Part shown: positions 57,021 to 64,000 of the stretch, piece by piece
How the letters are laid out: every line of letters begins with the position of its first letter
Numbering within the stretch: position 1 is the first letter of the stretch
Source of the DNA: an uncultured Acidobacteriota bacterium
Lineage (GTDB): Bacteria > Acidobacteriota > Vicinamibacteria > Vicinamibacterales > UBA8438
Assembly: GCA_913043225.1 (NCBI GenBank)
Contig: CAJWLU010000016.1
Coordinates: 1 to 64,000 of the forward strand
Length of the DNA: 64,000 bases
Direction: 5' to 3'
Notes under the pieces: model-generated
What the model was told of the DNA's origin: nothing
Database searches by the model: none
Seen by the model: the letters and a program-made list of their open reading frames with translations, nothing else
Made by a program: the position numbers and the translations under genes

Positions 57021-57947
57021 CTACGCGCGAGGGTGCGATTTCTTGTACGACGCCATTAACTGCGCGTCGCTGACGTGCGTGTAGCGCTGAGTGGTGCTGA
57101 CGCGGGCGTGGCCAAGCAGCTCCTGGATAGCGCGTAGATCGGCGCCGCGTTCGAGCAAATGCGTGGCGAACGAGTGGCGGAGGGCGTGGGGGCTGATGCC
57201 GAGGCGCGCGCTGGTGGCGGCCACGTACTTGCGCACGAGACGGTCGACGCTCCTCGACGACAGGCGGCCGCCCCGGTAGTTCACGAACAACGGCTCGACC
57301 GCCCGGCGGCGGCTGGTCTCGCCCCGCGGCCGACGGCGCACGAGCGACTCGCGATCGCCCAGATACGTACGCAGGGCGGCGGCCGTGTTCTTGTTGAACG
57401 GTATGATCCGCTCCTTGCCGCCCTTGCCCAGTACGCGCACCAGCCGGCTGCTCAGGTTCACGTCTTCGAGGTCGAGCCCCACAAGCTCGCTGAGACGCAG
57501 TCCTGAAGCGTAGAACAGCTCCAAAATTGACCGGTCGCGGCGTCCAAGGAGTGTGTCCCCATCTGGAGCCGCCAGAAGCCGCTCGACCTCGTTCACTTCG
57601 AGGTGCGCCGGCATCTTACGGTCGAGCTTCGGGGTGGCCACCATGGCGCCCGGCTCCTGCTCGATTTCCTCTTCGCGCCGCAGATAACGTCCAAACGCCC
57701 GGATGGCGGCGAGCCGCCGCGCCGACGACGCGCGTGCGTGGCCACGGTCGTACAGCTCGGCCATGAACCCGCGCACCGCGTGGTGGTCCATCTCGGTGGG
57801 CTGGATCTGGTCGGCCGGACGTCGGAGGCGACGCTCGAGGAAGGCAAGAAACTGCGAGAGATCGCTCTCGTAGGCCTTCACCGTGCGCGGCGAGAGGTTC
57901 CGGTTCAGCCGGATGTACTCAAGGAAGTGCCGCAGATGCGTCTGCAT
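57021..57947 (-). CDS. xerC: Tyrosine recombinase XerC
   Basis: YASGLRLSEL, GKGGKER, HALRHSFATH, QELLGH, TTQRYTHV; downstream of topA-trmFO. Confidence 0.93.
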   Translation of the reverse strand: MQTHLRHFLEYIRLNRNLSPRTVKAYESDLSQFLAFLERRLRRPADQIQPTEMDHHAVRGFMAELYDRGHARASSARRLAAIRAFGRYLRREEEIEQEPGAMVATPKLDRKMPAHLEVNEVERLLAAPDGDTLLGRRDRSILELFYASGLRLSELVGLDLEDVNLSSRLVRVLGKGGKERIIPFNKNTAAALRTYLGDRESLVRRRPRGETSRRRAVEPLFVNYRGGRLSSRSVDRLVRKYVAATSARLGISPHALRHSFATHLLERGADLRAIQELLGHARVSTTQRYTHVSDAQLMASYKKSHPRA

Positions 57948-59310
57948 GAGTCGCTTCCAGATCGAGGCCCCGCTCGGCGGCCCAGGCGTCAAGATCGGCC
58001 AGCGCCCGCCCCGCGGTGGCACGGCGCCGGTCGACCCGGCGTCGGGGTGCCCCCTCCATCGAGGGTATCAGCCCGAAGGCGATATTCGAGGGCTGATAGT
58101 TGGCCGGGGCGGCGTGCGATACATAGTGGCCCAACGCCCCAATCGCGGTCGTGCGAGGCGGCGCCTGCGCCGCTTCGCCGCGCGCCAGAGCCGCGGCGTT
58201 CAGGCCGGCAATCAGGCCGCTGGCGGCCGACTCGACATAACCTTCGACGCCGGAAATCTGGCCGGCAAAGAAGAGCGACGGCTCCGACCGCGACTGCCAC
58301 GTCGGACGGAGGACGGTCGGGCCGTTGATGTAGGTGTTCCGGTGGATCATCCCAAAGCGGACGAACTCGGCGGATTCGAGACCAGGAATCAGCCGGAACA
58401 CGCTCGACTGCTCGCCCCACTTGAGCTGGGTCTGGAAACCCACCAAGCTGTAGTGGTCGGCAGCAAGGGTGTCCTGCCGCAACTGAACAACGGCGTATGG
58501 TCGGCGACCGGTACGAGGATCGTCGAGCCCGACTGGCTTCATCGGTCCGAAGCGAAGCGTGTCTTCACCGCGGCGCGCCATCACCTCGACAGGCAGGCAC
58601 CCCTCGAAGAACTTCGCCTTGTCGATGTCGTGCAGCGTCGCCAACTCGGCGCTCACCAGTGCCTCGTGGAAGCGCTGATACTCCTCACGATTGAGCGGAC
58701 AGTTCAGGTAGTCGCCCTCGCCGCTATCGTCGGTGGCCGCGGCATCTGAGCTGTGCCGGCCCCAGCGAGACGCGCGGTAGACCTGGTCGCGGTCGATAGT
58801 CTCAGCTAAGACGATTGGACTGATGGCGTCGTAAAAGTAGAGGTGCTCTCCGCCGACGTGCTGGGCCACGGCCGCCGACAAGCTCGGGGCCGTGAGCGGC
58901 CCGGTGGCCACGACCAGCGGTTCGCGAACATTGCCGGCTAGCGAAAGGTCGGCCACCTCTGCACGCTGAATCTTGACGTTGGGTTCCTGCGCGAGGGCGT
59001 TGGTGATGCCTTCGGCGAACTTACCACGATCGACGGCCAAGGCGCCGCCGGCCGGGACACGGGTGTCGTCGGCCACGCGGATAATGAGCGACCCAAGCCG
59101 CCGCATCTCTGCTTTCAACAAGCCGACAGCGTTCTCGAGCTTGTCACCACGAAGCGAATTGCTACAGACCAGCTCGGCCAGATGGCCAGTCTGATGCACC
59201 TCGGTCGGCGTGGCCGGGCGCATCTCGTAGAGCGTAACCGACTCGCCAGACCGCGAGGCCTGCCAGGCGGCCTCACTTCCAGCCAGCCCACCACCGACGA
59301 TGTGAATCAT
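57919..59310 (-). CDS. trmFO: Folate-dependent tRNA (uracil-54)-methyltransferase
   Basis: GGGLAGSEAA, ELVCSNS, FEGCLP.E, HRNTYI, AGQISGVEGY.ESAA. Confidence 0.97.
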   Translation of the reverse strand: MIHIVGGGLAGSEAAWQASRSGESVTLYEMRPATPTEVHQTGHLAELVCSNSLRGDKLENAVGLLKAEMRRLGSLIIRVADDTRVPAGGALAVDRGKFAEGITNALAQEPNVKIQRAEVADLSLAGNVREPLVVATGPLTAPSLSAAVAQHVGGEHLYFYDAISPIVLAETIDRDQVYRASRWGRHSSDAAATDDSGEGDYLNCPLNREEYQRFHEALVSAELATLHDIDKAKFFEGCLPVEVMARRGEDTLRFGPMKPVGLDDPRTGRRPYAVVQLRQDTLAADHYSLVGFQTQLKWGEQSSVFRLIPGLESAEFVRFGMIHRNTYINGPTVLRPTWQSRSEPSLFFAGQISGVEGYVESAASGLIAGLNAAALARGEAAQAPPRTTAIGALGHYVSHAAPANYQPSNIAFGLIPSMEGAPRRRVDRRRATAGRALADLDAWAAERGLDLEATHADASAALP

Positions 59311-59434
59311 CTCCTACGGGTACTCTGCCCCAGAGCCCGACTCGCAACTCGCTGGGGACCCAACACCCATCTCCGCTTCGTCGCAGGCGTACCCTGCGCC
59401 CCGCCAGCCCAGGCCACCTCCACACCGGGTTCGG

Positions 59435-61846
59435 TCAAGCCGATGCCGCCTCTTCTCCTTCGGTTCTCGAGTAGTCACAGCCTTCGGCGTTGCACAGCAC
59501 CTGATGCCCCGACCGCTTGGTGATCTTCTCGACGAGGTAGGGACTGCCGCAGGTGGGGCAAACTTCTGGCAACGGCCGGTTCCACAGCACGAAGTCGCAG
59601 TCGGGATAGTTGGCGCAGCCGTAGAAGTTGCGCCCCCGCTTCGACTTGCGCTCCACCACATCGCCTCCATCCTTCGGACAGGCGACGCCCGTGGATTTAA
59701 GTTTTACGTAGTGACAGCTGGGATAATTGCTGCAGGCGGTGAACTCGCCGAAGCGACCCTGCTTGACCACTAGGTTCGATTCGCACTTCGGACATTTCTC
59801 GTCCAAAAGCTGGTCTGGTTTGGCCGCGGTGAGCCCACCCTTAGTCTCGATTAGCTTGCGGGTGGTCTTGCACTCGGGATAGCCGGAGCAGGCCAGGAAC
59901 TGTCCAAACCGGCCCCGCTTCATCACCATGGCCCGCCCGCAGTTCTCGCAGGCGTCTGGCTCTTCGTCGGCAACCGGCTGCTCGGCCTGCTCAATCTCCC
60001 GCGTGTTGGTGCAGTCAGGATAAGAGCTGCACGCCAGGAACACACCGAAGCGGCCCACCTTGACCACCATGGGCGAGCTGCACTTGTCACACACCTCGTC
60101 GCTCGGCAGACCTTCGCCCTTAATGTTGGGCATCGCTTCGGCCGCGGCGCCGAGGTCGGAGCTAAACTTTTCGTAGAACCCGGCCAGCATGGTGCGGTAG
60201 TCGGCGGAGCCTTCCTCGATTTTGTCGAGCTGCTCTTCGAGCGCACGCGTATAGTCCACCGCCAGGATGTCGTCGAAGCTCTTGGCCAGCAGTTCGATCA
60301 CCAGGCGGCCGAGGCGAGTGGGCCGGAATCGGCCTTCCACCTTCTCGGTGTACTCGCGCGCCTGGAGCACGCCGATGATCGCGGCGTAGGTGCTGGGCCT
60401 TCCGATACCGTTCTCTTCGAGCTCTTTGACCAGCGTTGCTTCGCTGAACCGGGGCGGCGGCTGCGTGAACTTCTGCTGCGGGTCGAGCTCGCACAGCTCG
60501 AGCGTGTCGCCCACCGCCACTTGCGGCAACAGACTGCTCGAGACCGACTCGTCGCCGGCCGAACCCGCCTCGTCGGCCGATCCCAACTCGGCATCCGCCT
60601 GGTAGAGCGTCAGCCACCCGGCGAACTTCTGCACCGACCCCTTGGTACGCAGCAGGTAGTCGCCTGCCTCGACCTCGAGGGTGGTGTCGTCGAACAGCGC
60701 CGGCGACATCTGCGACCCGACAAACCGGTTCCAGATCAGGCGATACAACGAGTACTGATCCCGGCTGAGGTGCGGACGCACCGTTTCCGGATCATACGCC
60801 ATGCTGGTGGGCCGGATCGCCTCGTGCGCATCCTGAGCGTCTGACTTCGTCTTGAACTGACGCGGTTGCTCCGGCACGAAGTCGGCGCCGTGCTTCGCGT
60901 CGATGTGGGCCCGGACGTCGACGATAGCCTGATCGGCCACGCGGGTCGAGTCAGTCCGCATATAGGTAATCAGCCCGACCGCCCCTTCGCCCGGCAGCTC
61001 AATGCCCTCGTAGAGCTGCTGCGCGATCATCATCGTCTTCTTGACCGGGAAGCGTGCAGCCTGCTGCAGCTTGCTGGTGATGAACGGCGGCGGCGCCTGC
61101 TTCTTCCGCTCTTTTGTAGCTAGCGTCTTGACCACGAAGGTGGCCTGCTCGAGGTCGGCCACGACGGTCTTCGCCTCGGTTTCGTTGGCGACCTTGAGGG
61201 CGCTGGTGCCCTGCTTGACCACCTGCGCATCGAACTCGGGCGGCACCGAGCCGGCGAGCCGGGCAAATAGGTGCCAATACTCCTCAGACACGAACCGGTC
61301 GATCGCGTCCTCACGGTCACACACCAGCTTGAGGGCCACCGACTGCACCCGGCCAGCGCTCAATCCCCGGCGCACCTTGTCCCATAGCAGCGGGCTCAGC
61401 TTGTAGCCGACCAGGCGGTCGAGCACGCGCCGCGCCTGCTGCGCGTCGACCATGTTCTGGTCGATGTTGCGCTCTTCCTTGAGCGCATCGAGCACCGCTT
61501 TCTTCGTGATCTCGTTGAAGAAGAGCCGTCCGACCTTCCGCTTCTTCGTGCCCAGTTCGTTGGCCAGATGCCAGCCAATGGCCTCGCCTTCGCGATCAGG
61601 GTCGGTGGCGATGTAGATCTGCTCAACCCCCCGCGCGGCGTCGCGCAGTTCCTTGATCACCTTCCGGCGCGCCGGAATCGGCTCGTAGACGGGCTCGAAG
61701 CCCTCGTCGATGTCGACCCCCAGCTTGCTCTTCGGCAGATCACGGATGTGGCCCATGGACGCGACCACTTTAAAGTCGCGACCGAGGTACTTATTGATGG
61801 TCTTTGCCTTGGCCGGCGATTCGACGACGACCAGCGCTTTCGGCAT
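59435..61846 (-). CDS. topA: DNA topoisomerase I with C-terminal zinc ribbons
   Basis: VESPAKAKTI, DPDREGE, SAGRVQS, ITYMRTDS, GIGRPSTY, repeated C4 ribbons. Confidence 0.98.
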   Translation of the reverse strand: MPKALVVVESPAKAKTINKYLGRDFKVVASMGHIRDLPKSKLGVDIDEGFEPVYEPIPARRKVIKELRDAARGVEQIYIATDPDREGEAIGWHLANELGTKKRKVGRLFFNEITKKAVLDALKEERNIDQNMVDAQQARRVLDRLVGYKLSPLLWDKVRRGLSAGRVQSVALKLVCDREDAIDRFVSEEYWHLFARLAGSVPPEFDAQVVKQGTSALKVANETEAKTVVADLEQATFVVKTLATKERKKQAPPPFITSKLQQAARFPVKKTMMIAQQLYEGIELPGEGAVGLITYMRTDSTRVADQAIVDVRAHIDAKHGADFVPEQPRQFKTKSDAQDAHEAIRPTSMAYDPETVRPHLSRDQYSLYRLIWNRFVGSQMSPALFDDTTLEVEAGDYLLRTKGSVQKFAGWLTLYQADAELGSADEAGSAGDESVSSSLLPQVAVGDTLELCELDPQQKFTQPPPRFSEATLVKELEENGIGRPSTYAAIIGVLQAREYTEKVEGRFRPTRLGRLVIELLAKSFDDILAVDYTRALEEQLDKIEEGSADYRTMLAGFYEKFSSDLGAAAEAMPNIKGEGLPSDEVCDKCSSPMVVKVGRFGVFLACSSYPDCTNTREIEQAEQPVADEEPDACENCGRAMVMKRGRFGQFLACSGYPECKTTRKLIETKGGLTAAKPDQLLDEKCPKCESNLVVKQGRFGEFTACSNYPSCHYVKLKSTGVACPKDGGDVVERKSKRGRNFYGCANYPDCDFVLWNRPLPEVCPTCGSPYLVEKITKRSGHQVLCNAEGCDYSRTEGEEAASA

Positions 61847-61936
61847 TTCCCTCGTCCTTCACCCAGTGGCGGCCATCCGCCGCCATCCCGAGACACCGAT
61901 TTAGCCGACGTCCTGCACTACCCTACCACTCATTTT

Positions 61937-62760
61937 TCAGGAGCCCACTCTCATGAACCGTCCGCCCGCCAGCCACTCTACCCGGCCCCTCAGCTCTAAA
62001 TCGGAGAACCTCGCCAGCAGCGCCGAGCTGTCGACCCCGCTTATCGCGACCGGTTCGTCAACGTCGCAGGACTCGCCGCGCGCCAGCCGTGAGAGCAGCG
62101 GATAGTCCTCCAGATCATCGGCCACTGCTGAATCACCCTGCACCTGCGGTATCCGCAACTCTTCCAGGATATCGTCCACATCCTCCACGACCTTTGCCCC
62201 ATCCTTCGTTAAGGGGTGGGCGCCGCGACTCCGCCCGCTGAGGACAACGCCCGGCACCGCGATCACCTCCCGCCCCTGTTCCAGCGCCAGGCGAACCGTG
62301 ATCAGCAACCCCTTCTCCGTATCCTCGACCACCATCACGGCCAGGGAAACGCCGCTGATCAGGCTGTTCTGGATCGGAGAGTGGGCTAACCGCGGTTGGA
62401 TGCCAGACGGGAACTCGCTGACCAGCGCCCCCGTTCGACGATGGCCGTCGCCAAGCCGCTGTGCTCGGGAGGGTAAACGGTGTCCACCTCCGAGCCCAGT
62501 ATGGCCAAGGTGCCCCTTGTCCGGCGCGCGCTCCACAATGGGCGACGCCATCGCCCCATCGATCCAGGCCGCTGGTCACTGTGACGCCGCGATGGGACGG
62601 GTCGGTTCCCAGGCCGTGGGCCAGGGTACAGGCATGATGTATGCCCGCCCGTGATCCGACCAGCGCCACCGCCAGACGGCGTAGCCGCACCCGAGGGATC
62701 ACCCAGCCAGGCAGGGGCGGGCCGCCCCAGCCTGTGGCACCCCAACCGCGGATGACTGCG
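61937..62760 (-). pseudogene. dprA: Frameshifted DNA processing protein DprA
   Basis: AVALVGSR..VTSGL..G.DG.AH, AILGS..D.VYPPEH and LVSEFP...N.LISG.S...VVE...LIT..LALEQGREV.AVPG lie in three different frames upstream of topA; 5' limit approximate. Confidence 0.9.
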
Positions 62761-62926
62761 CCCGGATTAGCAGGTTTTCTGGATTATACGTCGCCGAAGG
62801 GGGGTCGTGAGAACCGGCTATCGCGTCTTGACCGTAGCCGCAACGGGCTGTCTTGCGCCCTCTCGTGCGGGCTGGCAACGCACTTGCAACTCTCGCGGAC
62901 GAGTGGCGATAATGGCGGGGGGTTCC

Positions 62927-63280
62927 ATGCACCGAGCAATCTTGACCGTCGCGGCTCTAATCCTCCTGGTGGCCCCGGTTGCTGTACGTGCCGACGACCG
63001 GGACGAGGCGCGCGCGCAAGTCGAGTTCGGCATCCAAGTGGCCATGCGCGGTCTGTGGAACGAAGCGGTCTTCCGGTGGGAGCGAGCCATCGAGTTGGAC
63101 CCAACCTACGCCGAGGCGTGGAACAACCTGGCGATCGCGTTCGAGAACCAAGGCCAGTTCGAAGATGCGCTCGAAGCGTATGAAACCGCTCTGGATCTCG
63201 ACCCCCAGAACATCCAGATCGAAACCAACTACGACCTTTTCCTGGAAGTGAGCGACCGTGTCAACCAAAGCGATCCTTAG
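62927..63280 (+). CDS. Exported TPR protein
   Basis: Signal peptide, TPR consensus (A.ELDP.YAEAWNNLA, A...YE.AL.LDP). Confidence 0.88.
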   Translation: MHRAILTVAALILLVAPVAVRADDRDEARAQVEFGIQVAMRGLWNEAVFRWERAIELDPTYAEAWNNLAIAFENQGQFEDALEAYETALDLDPQNIQIETNYDLFLEVSDRVNQSDP

Positions 63281-64000
63281 CCTGGCCTGCATCGCGTTGC
63301 TCGCGGGCTGCACAACGTTCTACGACGTCACGGTCGAGACATCGCTGACGCCGAAGCTCGATATCAATCGGTTCCAGCGGGTGCTAATCGCCGGCTTCGT
63401 GGCCGGCGGCTCGGGAGAGGTCGACGGCAACGTCGAGACCGCACGGCTGCTGCGCAGCCAGCTGCGCCGAAACTCCGACCTGCAAGTAATCGACGCCGAC
63501 GTGCTCGAGCTGCTGCAAGTGTCGGCCGAGCAGGGCGGCGGACCTCCGCGCGAGCCGGAACCGCCGCAGATTCCGCAAGGCTTCGCTGCCGCTGAAGGCG
63601 CCAACGAGGAAGAGGAAGCCGAAGAAGACGAGCGTCTCGGCGAAGACAACAGGATGTCGGAGCAGGAGCTGGAAAGCTACGAAACCATCTTCGCCAACGT
63701 CGGCTACTGGCGCGACCTCGGCGAGGAGTATCAGAACCCGCTGATCTTGACCGGCACCGTCTATTTTTCGCCGCACCAGCGGTCGGGCATGGTGACCCGC
63801 GAGCGAGAGGTCTACGATTCGTTCGGCCGCCGCCGCACCGTGCCCCAGCGGGTCTACCGCGACCGTCGCGGGTTCGTGCTGAGCCCGAAGTTCATCTTCA
63901 TTGACGGCGAGTCTGGGGCCACCCTCTACACTGAACGTCACCGCGAGGAAATCCTCTACGAAGCCTCGCAGAACACACCGGCGTTATCGTCCTACTTCGA
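63258..64000 (+). CDS. Hypothetical lipoprotein, truncated at window end
   Basis: GTG 63258, VSTKAILSLACIALLAGC lipobox, then TPKLDINRFQRVLIAGF; no stop seen before the window edge. Confidence 0.75.
   Translation, partial: MSTKAILSLACIALLAGCTTFYDVTVETSLTPKLDINRFQRVLIAGFVAGGSGEVDGNVETARLLRSQLRRNSDLQVIDADVLELLQVSAEQGGGPPREPEPPQIPQGFAAAEGANEEEEAEEDERLGEDNRMSEQELESYETIFANVGYWRDLGEEYQNPLILTGTVYFSPHQRSGMVTREREVYDSFGRRRTVPQRVYRDRRGFVLSPKFIFIDGESGATLYTERHREEILYEASQNTPALSSYF

Noticed and set aside
57021..57947. XerC as the integrase of a mobile element or of the tRNA-Lys island
   Set aside because: Housekeeping topA-trmFO-xerC context and typical XerC size, with no evident arm-binding domain.

Overview
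High-GC bacterial chromosomal window. Gene content and protein style suggest Acidobacteriota, probably Vicinamibacterales-like (inference only). Most of it is housekeeping: tRNA-Arg/Lys/Leu, aceE-aceF, tig-clpP-clpX-lon-engB-rpmE, an MrfAB-like helicase/exonuclease pair, nrdJ with tandem NrdR boxes, TamB/Omp85, acyl-CoA carboxylase subunits, hslVU, an ECF sigma/anti-sigma pair, an ABC-F protein and xerC-trmFO-topA. Four things stand out. (1) A 2.3-kb integrase-less island in tRNA-Lys has 51-bp att direct repeats, arm-like short repeats and, nested inside, a 63-bp inverted repeat pair bracketing mixed-origin cargo; the repeat folds into a G-U-rich hairpin with a compensatory change between copies. 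(2) A KamA-family radical SAM aminomutase lacking the lysine-binding aspartates sits in an apparent operon with an osmoprotectant/EgtUV-like ABC importer, converging on an egtB-egtD ergothioneine pair. (3) Four 11-bp-phased boxes lie upstream of the DNA-repair helicase. (4) dprA, a sensor kinase and an HTH-response regulator are decayed, and a sigma54 activator is drifting, while neighbouring genes are intact. All family assignments come from motif recognition by eye; no searches were run.
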